DNA of 64,000 bases from Pseudomonadota bacterium (GCA_039799905.1 JBDLRP010000019.1:60830-124829), one strand, 5' to 3'. Counted from the first letter of the stretch, positions 23,001-30,874 are shown. The notes: generated by a model not told the origin, from the sequence alone. Made by a program: numbers and translations.

Positions 23001-26000
23001 AGATTTGGATAATTGATAAATGTGTTAGTAGCGCCGAACACACCCGTCGTGCCACCCGTCAACACACCACTGGGTGCTGACGTCCCGTCTTCGCGGACAA
23101 TCTTAATTCCGATCACGTCGCTCACGTTTGGAGGCGCAACTTTGTTTCCGAACTGGTCGCGTGCCTCAACACGGACCGAGAAATTGCCGCCACTGCCGGA
23201 TTTGTCAGCGCGGGCTTCAACTGATGTACGATTGGGAATGACACCGTAGTGGTGAAATGCTGCTGGGTTCACTTTCAGACCAAACGTTCCGGCGAATTCG
23301 GAAGTCGATGCTCCAATAGTCAGGTTTGCACGAACTTCGATTTTACCTGTCGTTGCACCAGTAGCGCCAAAGTAACGAACCTCATAAATCTTATCGGTGG
23401 CAGCGCTCGCCGGGTCTTTGCAGACGCCACCGACCATTTTACAGGTGTTGGGCTGACTGAACGGTGTCGGACAGTTTGCGTCCGGACAGCCCGGCAATTG
23501 TGCCCGACCGCCCTCGCTTCGGACTGGATAGTCTCCAAAGTCCCAACTCAGCTCAACACCATCCTGTGCGATTGTCTCTGCGACGTTGTTCTGCGCGTCG
23601 ACTGCTTGAATCTTGAAAAAGGCACTTTGATTTGGCAGCAACGGCGGGTTTGTGCTTGTCGTCAGGTTCGGGTCGTCTCCTGTTCCCGGCATAGCCGTAC
23701 CGTCGGATTGCACGCGTACGAGACGCAGTTTTGTCGGAGATGCTGCAACGATTCGAACTGGATAATCGACGGTTGTAGCACCATTGCTGGTCAGTGTCGC
23801 ACGAAGTGTACCTGTGCCTGCTTGCAAGAGCGGAAGCAATCCGGCGAAGGGCAAACTCGGGTGTTGCTGCGGGGGGAGCAGCGTGAACCCGGATGCATAG
23901 GAGAAGACTGATTGCGGGCTGTCGGTGCTGTTTCCGGCTGCATCGAGCGAGCGAACCTCGACCTGCTGGAAGTCGTTAGTCGTTGTAAAAATATTGTCTG
24001 AGTCGGTTGAAAACGCGCGGTCTTTGTTTGCACCGCTAATATCGGAGAAGAAGATCTGATTGGTGACAGGAGCGCCTGCAAGGACAGTGAATGTAAGGTC
24101 ACGCTGTACGGTGGTTGCCGCTCCTGCACCGACAAAGTCTCCCCGCGGTGCGAATGTTGTTCGGATGGTGGCATTGCCTGTTGCCCTAAGGAGGCGGAAA
24201 ATATTCGCAGTTGTCGTGCTCGTTGCCGTCACAAAATCGAGCGTCACACTCGTCGGCTTGAGTTGATTGGTCGTTGAGCCGTTGGGGGCGCCCAATGCGG
24301 CGTCGTTCAGGTATGTAAACGCTGCTGTGGGATGGTAACCGGTTCCGTCTTTTGGCAACGATTCTGGCTCTGTTTCGTTGCCGAACTCATCGAGCAGCTT
24401 CACGATGATTCCAAATGCGTCGTCTGTCTTTGGCGAAGTGTTGCGGTTGAGCGCGACGCTGAAGTCAGCAGCCAGACCCGCTTTGACAGGAAGAGTCAGA
24501 AAGGTGTTTACAGGTGTAAATCCTGTCGGAATTCCACTTACCGGCGGACTCCAAGTGGCGGTGAGGTTGCCTTTTTGGTGTAGGTTTTCGAGCGTCAGGT
24601 TTGCTTTTGTCTCGTCACAGGGAGTTCCACCTCCGAAGCAGGTGTTGATTCCCTGTCCCAGAATGTTCGTACCTGCAGGCGCACTGACGCTGATCCACTT
24701 GCCTACGGGTGCGGGTGTGGAATCAATGAAGTTGCCAACTTTATCGGTCCAGAAACCTCGGATTGCATTGGCCGTGCTGCTAACCTGCAAGCTTCGGCAT
24801 GTGGGTACGGCACCGGTGATGACCTTGAAGGCCTCGACGTCGAGAATGTTTGTATAGACCTGAAAGCCAGTGACAGCGAAGGGCTGCCGGCAGACCTGCT
24901 CATCGTCAACATTGCGGTAATCAACTGCAGCTGCAGTATTTGTCCCAATTGTCAGTGGTTGTTCAACTGTTGTGTCGCCATCGAGTTGAGGTTCTCCGGC
25001 AGGAACAATTGAGGCGAAAAACTTGGGACTTCTGCCCGAGTCCATGAGACACACAAAGCGGTCGCGAAGGTCCAGAACTCCGCCGTTGACAATCCGAGTG
25101 CTGCGTTCGCTACCAAAATATTTGATGCTTTTTGAGTCCATCGCTGTCGTGGAGTTAAAAAAGGAATTTGCGGCGTCTGTCACAGGACTTTGCACGTGCG
25201 AAGTGTCGAGTTGCGTTTGTGGAATAAACTGTCCGTCGCTGTTTTGGCGGTACAATCCACCGGGTTGAATCAACTGTTTTTTCCGCCCTGCCTGAAGCGC
25301 GTCAGTGTAGTAATCCGTCAGCCAGAAATCGGCATTCACAGCTTTTGAAAAAGTGTGCACAAGGTTGTTGTCGGTGTCGCGGACCGTTACGATTGGCGAC
25401 AAACAAGTTCCAGCGGGTATGACATCGTTTGCAGAACGTTCGACAGGGGCCGAAGTCGTGTCGCTGATTGGGATTGCATTGGCCAGCCTAACGCGCAGCT
25501 TGCTCGGTGTACCGGGTGAAACGACAAGCTTGAACTCTTGCTTAAGCGTGCCTTGAGCCGCCGAAACCAACACAGTTTTATTACTTTCCTGGTCGGTGGC
25601 CTTGTTCGCGGCAAACGTGAATTTTTTGTGTGCCACACTGCAGCCTGTGCCAACAGTGCCGGAGAGCGATTGCGATGTAATCGTGTTCCCGTTGGCACCC
25701 GCAATTTCAGTGTTCGTGAGAGAGTTTTTGACCGTGAGTGTTGCGGACAAAGCTTCGCCTTTGTAGTTTCCGAAGGAATCTGTGATTGCTGGAAAAAGGT
25801 TGACCGATTCATCCGCCGTCAGCTTGAATGCTTCCAATGTTTTGTCAAACGGAACTTGTTCGAATTCAGTTGCCGCCGCAGTGCGCTTCTGCCTGAGGAA
25901 CCAGGCGACAGCGTCGCCGTTCGCCACTCCTCCGCAGTCACTGGCCAGAACGAGTTCATCGCTGCCAGTGTTGGGGAGAGGTTTTGCACTCGCAATCACG

Positions 26001-29000
26001 ACACCGTCAATCGTTGAATTCGGGGTCAGGTCGAACATAAAGAAATCGTGCGCACGTGTGGTATCCAACATACTGAAACGAGCATCAGTTCGAGTGTCTT
26101 CGTCCACACCGTCGGGTTTGCTCGCAACTTCGTTGGGTGCGGTTTGATTTACGTTTCGCAGGATACATTCAGACCCTGCCAGATTTTCGCCGTCTATAAA
26201 GGTCGTCGTATATCGCGGTTTCGAGTCCGACGAATTCGTTGGGTCGCGCATTTCTGCGCCTTCGACACGACGAAACACACAGATGAATTCGGTCTCTTTG
26301 TTTTTGCTGATGTTGTTGGCTTCAAAGAGCGGCAATTCTGTAGGCTTGCCCCATGTTGTCAGCGCTGGATGCACAAATCGGATTTGCTTTCTGCCGTTAT
26401 AAGTCTCGATGGGTGTTCCGAATTCGTCAACTGCACGTAGCCGGACGGCAAATTCCATTCCCGCCAGCAACTGCGGATTCGTCGGTCCTCCGTCCGAACT
26501 GCTCCAGAAAACCGTGGGATTTTCGGAGTCAGGAGAAATGAAGTCGACCTCGAACTTGCGAGCAACTTCAGAAACAAAGTCGAAAAAGGTCGACTTCACT
26601 GTCACACTCGTGTTGTCTTTCAGGGTGGCTGTCACAAAACCGCCACCGCTGTCCAGCTCGGGTCCGTCTGTGTCGTCCGCACCCTGTTTCTCTGGTGAAA
26701 CCTCGATGTCGATCACAGAGTTTCCGGCAGCCGACAAATTTTGAATTGTATCCTCAATTTCGTACTGTTGTATGCTGCCGATGACGGGTGCGACGTTTGT
26801 CCACGTAAAGGTGGCAAGAACGTTGCCCGCATAGTTTTTGAACTCGTCATATCCCGCTACGAACAACTTTTTTGATTTGCCTTTTGTGATGGCGACGTGA
26901 CAGCCGTCAATCTCTGGCTTTCCATCACATGTGCCGCTAACAGACAAATCTGCACCATCATTGCTGTCACCAAGTTCGCCGTTTGCTGCACCACGCAGTT
27001 TTATGGAGTTCACAGTTGAGGGATTGATCTGAATCAATGCCTGAACTACCTTTGTTGGAAACCCAGCGAACGTTGACTCAACCTTTATCTGCATAACGCA
27101 TGGAGTCTGATCACCAACTCCTTGAGTCGCACGATTTATTTTCAAGGTCTGTCCAGGGAATTCAAGCAGACCGCTTGTAATCTTGCCAGGAGTGTTGAAA
27201 TCGTCTTTGAATGTTGCAGCATTGAAGGAATCACCGGTAGCATTTTTTGTGTGGCAGCCGTTGCTGAGAATACTTACAGCAGAGTCGCTCGGTGTGGTTG
27301 TGAATGCTTTTGCGACTCTGTATGTTTCATTGCTCAACGTAGTCTTGGTATCCAATTGTGTTTCAACTCGAGCACCACTTGCGTCTCGGACAACTGCACT
27401 GACAGGAAAATCGACTCCGGCCGTGATTGTGCTGGGTACTTCGACGGTCAGTGAACTCGGATCTCCTGAAACGGCGACATAGTTATACTTGATGAAGATG
27501 TTATTTTCTGTGGCGGTAAATCCCATCGCAGTTTTTTCTTCCGGACTGAGGTCAGTTGAAACTGCCTTGGCCGTGATTTTTCCTGTTCCGGGTTTGTTGA
27601 CCAACACTGGTGAAAAATCCGTTGCGCTGACTCCCGGAGTCAACGTCAGGTTGGGTGTCCCGCTTAGGCCATCAGGTGTGTCAGTCCATTCCACCTTGAC
27701 ATCACGCAGCCAGTTGCCGGCAACGTCGACAAGTCCAAGCCTCAGCTTGTCTGTCGCTAATCCGAACTTGAAGACGAGACACGGGTCGCCGAATTCCTCG
27801 CGTGTGTCGCGTGTACAGACATTTTTGGAGTCGTTGCCGACGTTGCTTGGGTCATTGGCATCCATCACCATCAGGCGGTTCGGCTGGTTTTTTGCAATGT
27901 CCAGCTCCAGGGCGCCCTGAAATTCAACCTGATTGAGTTCGCTCTTCCCGACGACTTTGATAGTTGGTTTTTCCGTTGCACCAGCTGGTCTGGTCGCATC
28001 ATAGAAGCATGCCTTTTCAACGGAGCGCGCAAGACCTTCTGAGAAATTAATCTTCCGGTCGACGATGGTCTGTGTGAGGTTCACGACGTCGCCCCAGTGC
28101 GCACTCTTTGCAAGTACGGGAGCAGTGTCAGTCGACTCCATCGTCAGGGTGAGCGTATGTTCACCCTTGATGTTCGGATTGATGTTGCCAAAGTTGTCAC
28201 TTGCAAAGATGTCGACGTCGACGCAAGTACCGGCCTTGATTGGGGCGATTCCCACGTCCTGACCGTTGATGCGAAATGCCCATTTGGTTTGGTCGGCTGC
28301 TGGCACCGTCACAACAATCGGTGCGATGAGTCCTTTGTTTTCCGCCGAGACTGAGAGTAAACCAGTACCAGATTTGGACGGACTGAAGTTGATTAAATTT
28401 CCGAATGCGGGACCATCACTCACATTGTTGAGCTTTGGTGTCAGTCCGGACAGAAGACGGTCCGAATCTATATTCCACGTCGCTTCTGCAACCTCTTCGA
28501 GGTAGTTGCCGTTCGCGTCGATCCATGCGCCCGTGTACTGTGCGTTTGCACCCGCTGGAAGTGTGATTGAAGTAATCGGTTTCGAATCGGCAGGCGGCGG
28601 TCCTTGGAAATTTTTGACTGCAATGAACGCCCGTTCGCCATCTGCTGTCGCCTCAATATCTCCTTCAATGGGATTGACGAGATTGTCCGAAAAAGACAGC
28701 CGATACTTAACCTTCTCGGGAACCCTCAGGCGAAAAGGTCCGCGCGGAACAAGACACCGACCACCGCTGAACTGACAATCGATTTCACCGTTAGGAAATT
28801 CGGGTGTGAATCCCGCCCATGACGTTGAAGGAGAGGCTTCGATTTTGAGTTTTCTGAAGCCTTCGAATGTTGAGGCGACACGCCCTTCGGTGTCGACGAT
28901 TGTGATTGTCATGTCGAATTCTGTACCAACTTTCTCTTTGTTTCTGTTGGCTGTCTCAAGAACCAGCCGAGAGCCTTCCTTCAGGTCGGAGGTGCTCAGC

Positions 29001-29581
29001 AGCGCGAATGAATAGGACGCATTGTCTTCCGGACCTGCTTGCGCCAGAACCGCGATTTTCTTGTTGAAGAGAGCCGGCGCAATCACCCAAACCTTGGCTT
29101 TGCCTTCTTTGTTGGTGCGCGTATCGAATTGGTCGATACGTCCAACCCGCTCTTCAATGTCGACTTCCGGTGCCGCCGCTCCCGAGATGGTGTTCTTCTT
29201 TGCCGCAATTGCCGCCGTGCGTATGGCTGCGTTCGAAGACGTCAGCGCTGCAGCTTCGTTTTTCCATGCCTCGACAATTTTTTCGGTGCTGACGTTTTCG
29301 GTGCCACCCAAAAGTGATTCTTCAACCAGCCTGAATTCAATAACGCCCTCGATGACAGGCTGGCCGTTGGGATCCTTAACTGTTACCTCGACGGGATTCG
29401 GAAAGGGGCGTTTAGGCAGAGAAACCTGCTGTGATCCAGCCAAGACGTCGACCTTCCACCCTAGTGGAGGCACCTGTTTGACTCCATCTGAACATGAGAG
29501 GGTGAAAATGAGCAGGAGCAGCGCCGCCATCAGATGCACGGCGCCGAGATTTTTCCAGTGATTTTGGAAACATCTCAACAT
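11078..29581 (-). CDS. giant 6167-aa lipoprotein with many Ig-like (Big_1/invasin-like) domains; putative adhesin
   Basis: Uninterrupted ORF; lipobox IFTLSC; Thr/Ala/Gly/Asn/Ser-rich; many DxxGN beta-sandwich motifs; GGGAG RBS. Confidence 0.9.
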   Translation of the reverse strand: MLRCFQNHWKNLGAVHLMAALLLLIFTLSCSDGVKQVPPLGWKVDVLAGSQQVSLPKRPFPNPVEVTVKDPNGQPVIEGVIEFRLVEESLLGGTENVSTEKIVEAWKNEAAALTSSNAAIRTAAIAAKKNTISGAAAPEVDIEERVGRIDQFDTRTNKEGKAKVWVIAPALFNKKIAVLAQAGPEDNASYSFALLSTSDLKEGSRLVLETANRNKEKVGTEFDMTITIVDTEGRVASTFEGFRKLKIEASPSTSWAGFTPEFPNGEIDCQFSGGRCLVPRGPFRLRVPEKVKYRLSFSDNLVNPIEGDIEATADGERAFIAVKNFQGPPPADSKPITSITLPAGANAQYTGAWIDANGNYLEEVAEATWNIDSDRLLSGLTPKLNNVSDGPAFGNLINFSPSKSGTGLLSVSAENKGLIAPIVVTVPAADQTKWAFRINGQDVGIAPIKAGTCVDVDIFASDNFGNINPNIKGEHTLTLTMESTDTAPVLAKSAHWGDVVNLTQTIVDRKINFSEGLARSVEKACFYDATRPAGATEKPTIKVVGKSELNQVEFQGALELDIAKNQPNRLMVMDANDPSNVGNDSKNVCTRDTREEFGDPCLVFKFGLATDKLRLGLVDVAGNWLRDVKVEWTDTPDGLSGTPNLTLTPGVSATDFSPVLVNKPGTGKITAKAVSTDLSPEEKTAMGFTATENNIFIKYNYVAVSGDPSSLTVEVPSTITAGVDFPVSAVVRDASGARVETQLDTKTTLSNETYRVAKAFTTTPSDSAVSILSNGCHTKNATGDSFNAATFKDDFNTPGKITSGLLEFPGQTLKINRATQGVGDQTPCVMQIKVESTFAGFPTKVVQALIQINPSTVNSIKLRGAANGELGDSNDGADLSVSGTCDGKPEIDGCHVAITKGKSKKLFVAGYDEFKNYAGNVLATFTWTNVAPVIGSIQQYEIEDTIQNLSAAGNSVIDIEVSPEKQGADDTDGPELDSGGGFVTATLKDNTSVTVKSTFFDFVSEVARKFEVDFISPDSENPTVFWSSSDGGPTNPQLLAGMEFAVRLRAVDEFGTPIETYNGRKQIRFVHPALTTWGKPTELPLFEANNISKNKETEFICVFRRVEGAEMRDPTNSSDSKPRYTTTFIDGENLAGSECILRNVNQTAPNEVASKPDGVDEDTRTDARFSMLDTTRAHDFFMFDLTPNSTIDGVVIASAKPLPNTGSDELVLASDCGGVANGDAVAWFLRQKRTAAATEFEQVPFDKTLEAFKLTADESVNLFPAITDSFGNYKGEALSATLTVKNSLTNTEIAGANGNTITSQSLSGTVGTGCSVAHKKFTFAANKATDQESNKTVLVSAAQGTLKQEFKLVVSPGTPSKLRVRLANAIPISDTTSAPVERSANDVIPAGTCLSPIVTVRDTDNNLVHTFSKAVNADFWLTDYYTDALQAGRKKQLIQPGGLYRQNSDGQFIPQTQLDTSHVQSPVTDAANSFFNSTTAMDSKSIKYFGSERSTRIVNGGVLDLRDRFVCLMDSGRSPKFFASIVPAGEPQLDGDTTVEQPLTIGTNTAAAVDYRNVDDEQVCRQPFAVTGFQVYTNILDVEAFKVITGAVPTCRSLQVSSTANAIRGFWTDKVGNFIDSTPAPVGKWISVSAPAGTNILGQGINTCFGGGTPCDETKANLTLENLHQKGNLTATWSPPVSGIPTGFTPVNTFLTLPVKAGLAADFSVALNRNTSPKTDDAFGIIVKLLDEFGNETEPESLPKDGTGYHPTAAFTYLNDAALGAPNGSTTNQLKPTSVTLDFVTATSTTTANIFRLLRATGNATIRTTFAPRGDFVGAGAATTVQRDLTFTVLAGAPVTNQIFFSDISGANKDRAFSTDSDNIFTTTNDFQQVEVRSLDAAGNSTDSPQSVFSYASGFTLLPPQQHPSLPFAGLLPLLQAGTGTLRATLTSNGATTVDYPVRIVAASPTKLRLVRVQSDGTAMPGTGDDPNLTTSTNPPLLPNQSAFFKIQAVDAQNNVAETIAQDGVELSWDFGDYPVRSEGGRAQLPGCPDANCPTPFSQPNTCKMVGGVCKDPASAATDKIYEVRYFGATGATTGKIEVRANLTIGASTSEFAGTFGLKVNPAAFHHYGVIPNRTSVEARADKSGSGGNFSVRVEARDQFGNKVAPPNVSDVIGIKIVREDGTSAPSGVLTGGTTGVFGATNTFINYPNLFYDEPGQFRVVAFGPSDAGMSTIAAAPLINFEAGLFSVADFRLAIPAGVTDVFAGSETTLRFEAVDNYGNPVRGIDNILRNDDYTWAGIGSLTGADGTARQPTQISGQTNTTVKFNSATHGTFIDGVALVKVTFFEARNNYRDTLSINNATQSKAVTIHPAAGNTLRVLPATLNKYRLLATDNSQTGLTSLANNSNRNARSSDGLFRIVVQPLDAFGNLRAGDTGVSLTAEAVDNTLTTTQAVSSTDATFNAAALNLEPADPAINTAFKAGVGFEFKDLFYRVGQKVKWKVTGVPAGVSVEPSVDVVYLPQIETVASYRLKLDNNDANTWPNTTAGTAISLKLEPLDVAGNLVTTGTTLDSALQAQSYTISGVQGSGASAPTLTTTFAFTNGIGVQNGIVLRKSQRFEVGELLVTDNNSGLRKGANAAGYDVVPAAVSTLTPDNIPAQVAGVVTTLRVVATDAFGNLSANGCATPPVVKATDGSNLASPGGHNGSVTNAISNASAGDPLNTTASIGVFQKAMTFFQASENSIFFEGCGVQSAAVVVSVIENFKANEVQLSNSSVEPSTSLTTPQECMPVDGLNANIACPTIFAFMWDEYGNRWRRNSGNCDWTAAQKIPSGETAAIAASGTPAGVPVTDTTATVTNASFINRDLTCTLAGTNTTSGNAIVRTVELFGGIGDLGSFDGTTVTTNPITNPATRNAITAGSTLTITNLALLQWRGGQLQAVNRQRSEEYTLNASGLGTNYQGGSNPLPTNLTVNHAANGVNSSAIDLDMTFPTTPATDTSFTITTRNVSKVIGGIRVSTGVATDIVVGNFNTQSPTAGGDVILSSVDVFDNAGNRAACTTLTITAAASTLPPACNNEACDSVNPNIPFNGIPANFTTRALNANNSRLFTAASPGQFTNLTFQLYKATQAVTLTVDACGLSRNFVFSVLPEATSHVRLAASNTAPSATATAPLVNCPLGNRLDVNCPTVNAFFWDQFGNVNPAGTCTSWSFDKASGSTSKTDGDGFTLAATGTSQSIKTPDTIGSFLSGRLACVSTGGSKGIALMSGGLTSLTATHTFGGTAAATSKTAAANNLTVNDIQARMKKVALSDTSNIDSSLVESEVNKDDIGGLGAQNLVLGSTSGSSGASLTDATLPMVASTTVSCTFNASGACALNANLSLRRAETNRVITVSYRDVTAALPALTVTPAGAHQISPFLWRTIDTDRITVANPMLASDNVGANIRVVDEFGNPTDFINGSNSTACTAAADDITVVGGTLDNTNSTLTTADRLFQNTALGHWVIESTPGTSTGLNVRKAGDHTLRYKMCGLTADLTIRVQPAVLNEIRLHTSAAAPAASLTSLNCPLNATGTGATCQFVNAFFFDAHGNQRIGDTCDHWQFDLRDAPAYNASIPAGTYTVPTPFTAENTNAEANTASVRVNHSNFIDGTLKCTRGAFNRTLPMHGGIAFMNVSHTTGNLTALNGNFSITSVQLHGPAGDNTAVILPQVLTNETIELSSNATRANDPDANAVIPSAAVTCNFSQNSKAECTTAMSASFTKVETARNLTVKVRGLTYTTPNFNVVANNADSITARVYTGADPTTEANQRSVATPLVAGESFRATVNAVDQFSNDTSGNCNAAAMTITSSVNLNDPLGGASQLTGGGVAFAADAGFTGRFSVNNNMNIKKATTTTLTFTACGRTTTRDIKIVPAAHSYTRVSTAEAAPAANTAAATLKQRCPLAASGAGVTCEPLNAFMYDVFGNLREGDTCTTWTYAATTGTTHSGTLFESDGNKVTRSSTGGARTTRITSTDWMDGTVTCANGAITHSIQFFGGITKLDVTHTSTAAVTAGSAFALNSVQLTGPTYTADVFSMAALPDNLNAEPVSLQTTAVKASAGNPAEVVKPAWTCNFVAGVCDGDPAPSIADALNLNFSKAQDGITFSVFVRGKVFSPAVFNVAPTTASRIAARVWTTANTDANLKNETTPLSAGDAFGATINAFDQFDNRTAVGCVATQAGMTIASSANLNAPVDSAASTLIDADHIFAAKAGTIGEFEVEDLLIRKATTTDLTFTACGRTTVYKLRIVPKAERAFARVTTGNAAPSGNTSNDILRERCALAGSGSGVVCNTLNAFIYDSFGNVRDGQNCTSWTYTKTGGTTPTSNEAAATLTNTGTTSSTRLTSSDWIDGRVKCVVDNDDDKSHSIHFFGGIESLAMAHSSTTNVVAGAAFSLTSLTLKGPSYDNSGVLTFPAIEEDLNQESVTLQTTAQKAVTGNPNEVVNPAWTCNFVDGVCTSGTSPNPTTALSLHFTRKETGVSFTAFVRGKSINSGNFNVNPANASATTTTFKLVNVAGDAIIDSNPSINQTNADRQADQTFNLHIDLLDQFGNKTDKRADNGNTCATTNSSTIAQTTVLANGNNDNATKFTGPALNSFDATALVYKLTDMKLTGPGANTLTINTCGVSHLLNLNISAGAAHKFFLNKSTTASKTNVDEDKCSLLSGGGTSCDTIRAWFFDQFGNHRAGDTCDSWALTNLAVSSPALTVPALDNQPSPSISVSANSALDARLTCVKAGGATEEGTVGVVLFGGVQSVDATLPASGNITAGTSNFAVSGLQLKGRKNNTVINAEYAGTLPISFSTTASAGLDGTLFTSTPATDCNFSATGACATTFNFSFVRADATARALTINVHGVSNITGANANVRNNIIVAEGNPTKVISRTVPDTVAADATISGTFNLTDAFDNPSCSEDLTISATQLTDLFDNHKSAIGTAPTIHGTTLTAANKGTAISVADTSKGTYALNSTALRNANSTGLTLTFAAPAACGNFSFTHTIKTTNGVFSDFKFLNSNIVDDATVQSTTQPAKINCKHTAESGSGVTCDSIYAYFRDNQGNLLNNVQNNSCKWIYTPIGTSNGPAAASLPLGRSITLTHSKFLDGNLQCQRTVNGVAQTGASNLSTAIPVQGGISRVALELRGTSTTAINGILSAASNPVVAGNDNVGIRKISLFTRQNNTEVDVSTDATIRDDYDFATEPIEFVTTAQKAMFGTPNNVVPNTPSCTFADGKCDNSAVSLLSGIAANQKLSLTRSGASGSNDVAVRIRGITSNTLSMIVNSANAASLVVTAPTSLQNAGSELKTLVSVRGFDTFGNDSLRSCTGFTAGALPTSPAGDTSVFTFGSFDAATNVTIPIDSLIIKAAGNHSIPVTANGCGLSVQIPLTVQSNTTLGRIVISSETTAPNFSAANGEVACATLNGGNDGVSCPDLFSYHYDAFGNKLASAASTHTCDWKVGGTLEGANAGVQTRTRASDSTTPHINELISCQKTVGSDTFTSNSIRLFGGPHTLSIASAPATTTLVAGFGNFQISKLTLQSQKDTSLVPMPGLNATAQTVTFSTSGQPNLVCADPDLPTNSCIHTGSVSCTFSTSGECSPNALFNFKKVHNTDRTLTASVRGKSASVTITSVSAGPAAKLVIGGLTGGTVDALYPTATSSIATTITAKDEFDNGTTTPKSGGNCSTVNVTGNDQGAYADNIAITNTNSNPSNAALKIYKAGTHNLTFSKCGVSVTEDLTITAGAVRRTLLTTDDVQPSVFNCVSAGDNIQTTRECSFTRTCAANAAGTAAGTGCGALFAWHYDKAGNFIAAGTNTKSCGAGGASATFTNVDTGVTVAAATTGSSGSAVFAASGNGFAVTAPANKYLRGDVSCKPDSASHLGGSVVQITAPVTLTAPTVECTPWMYTSTRAAESLCQFKNETGVTLSSAEAFTPAQTLDSTEAHPELIHKPSMTADILNNNFAQFIVEGVAGKMTSKFKLRFTSSNNKVLVADSPVLRVPLRKSDSITAPVTTAPQETAADAGANLTKAEQAEDTTVPTVATDRRIFYYTHGGFTWADCATGKCETAKASVETLDTTFTTFPLLADPSVPANDTFIKPRRYNAHPMQNAFFFVTTTSTNTDRCMNKTNVSDNSSCKIDVEIDHTKGKNLRGVWWLKDSAGNPYYFMTPDDPD
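12173..21240 (-). repeat. protein-level super-repeat of ~362-387 aa (9 anchor motifs, 8 intervals)
   Basis: C-x4-(A/S)(F/W/Y)xxDxxGN anchors end at 21197, 20045, 18884, 17765, 16640, 15506, 14396, 13259 and 12173. Confidence 0.9.
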
Positions 29582-29669
29582 TATTGAATTCTCCCGCGAA
29601 CGCCCTAAACGTCCACAGGTGAGTTCGTCCGATTGTGCAAGAAACTTGAGGACTCAATTACAGCGTCTG

Positions 29670-30260
29670 TCAAAGGTAAAGAAGTGCACCAAATCGGGGT
29701 CTTAGCAATAGACCTGAGAAGTCTGCGACGCTTGTGCCCACGGCAATGGAGGCATCAACGTTGACGTCCAGCGCCACATTGCCGAACAACTTATAGTGGG
29801 TCCCCATTCCAACACCGACCGAAAAGTAATTCGCGCTCACTTCGGCGAGTTTCACTGCACCAAACGTATCAATGAGGTAGCGCCCCCAGCCAACCTTGGC
29901 GTGCAGGTAGGGTTTGACTGATGACGAGTATCGCAAGGTGCTGGAATCGTGCAGGTCCTCAAAATCAGTTCCATATTGGAATGGGTAGTATTGTATGCCA
30001 CCCCGGGTCTCCATGATTTGGGTGAGATTGGCATTTGCAGACTTTCCAGCTTGAAATTCGACAACTGCTGCCAGAATTCTCGACCTGAACGAAAGCCACC
30101 TGATGTCGACATTTTGCACGTTCAGATCTTGTCCGGCTCTGTACCCGCTGATTGAGGAAACAATGGCTCCTGTCGAGATTCCCAAGGCGGACACGACTTC
30201 GGCGTGCGCCATTTGTGGTAACAGAAAAAGCGGGAGAAGTGTCAGAAGTCTTCTCATCAC
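29670..30260 (-). CDS. small outer-membrane beta-barrel protein
   Basis: Signal peptide AHA-E; amphipathic strands (KPYLHAKVGWG, VGVGMGTHY, ALDVNVD); C-terminal FGALLYL; GTGA overlap with the upstream gene. Confidence 0.75.
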   Translation of the reverse strand: MMRRLLTLLPLFLLPQMAHAEVVSALGISTGAIVSSISGYRAGQDLNVQNVDIRWLSFRSRILAAVVEFQAGKSANANLTQIMETRGGIQYYPFQYGTDFEDLHDSSTLRYSSSVKPYLHAKVGWGRYLIDTFGAVKLAEVSANYFSVGVGMGTHYKLFGNVALDVNVDASIAVGTSVADFSGLLLRPRFGALLYL

Positions 30261-30874
30261 TTTTTGCCCCGCGCTTTTCCTTTTCCGCCGGCGGGAGCAT
30301 CGGGGCTTGCGCCGGTTTCGGCCAGCAGTGCGCGAATTTCTGTATCCGACGGGTCGAGTGCGAGCGCCTTGTAGAACGCCTCGCGGGCCTTTTCGGCCTG
30401 ATTTTGCAACATGTAAACAGTTCCTTCGAAAGTATACGCTGCTGCAATGTTTGGGTTTGCCGCTCGTGATTTTTCGAGTGACTTCAGCGCTTCCTTAAAG
30501 TTCTTATCGATGATCTGCCGCTCAGCTTCCAGTAGAAACCGCACTGCGGTGTTGATGTCCGCAGAGTCGTCGGAACCTATGGGAAGCATATTTGCTTCGA
30601 TTTCAAGTTTTCCGCCACCCAGATTAGGAATGACGAAGTTTTGATTGCGGTATCCGGCTCTCTTCAGAGTCAAAACGATTGTGCTCTTGTTAGAGAACTT
30701 GCTGAGTTCAGCCATCTCCTGCTGCAACGGTGTCTTGCCCAGCAATTTTCCGTTCTCTTGTCCTGGGACGGACATTATCACATCCACTCCGGGAGGTTTG
30801 CTGGTGATGCTGACGCTCGCGCAACCAGCAAAGAGTGGAAGCGCAAGACAAAGAGCGGAGAGTCTCAGTTGCAT
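30257..30874 (-). CDS. PEGA-like + TPR lipoprotein
   Basis: LFAGC lipobox; ITSKPPG..LGKTP..RAGY (PEGA-like); TPR helices AREAFYKALALDP; GAGGT RBS before ATG 30874. Confidence 0.85.
   Translation of the reverse strand: MQLRLSALCLALPLFAGCASVSITSKPPGVDVIMSVPGQENGKLLGKTPLQQEMAELSKFSNKSTIVLTLKRAGYRNQNFVIPNLGGGKLEIEANMLPIGSDDSADINTAVRFLLEAERQIIDKNFKEALKSLEKSRAANPNIAAAYTFEGTVYMLQNQAEKAREAFYKALALDPSDTEIRALLAETGASPDAPAGGKGKARGKK

Noticed and set aside
11078..29581. NRPS/PKS, RTX or RHS toxin, or CRISPR-like DNA repeats in the giant ORF
   Set aside because: No A/KS/C-domain motifs, GGxGxD nonapeptides or YD repeats. The repeats are protein-level and diverged at DNA level.
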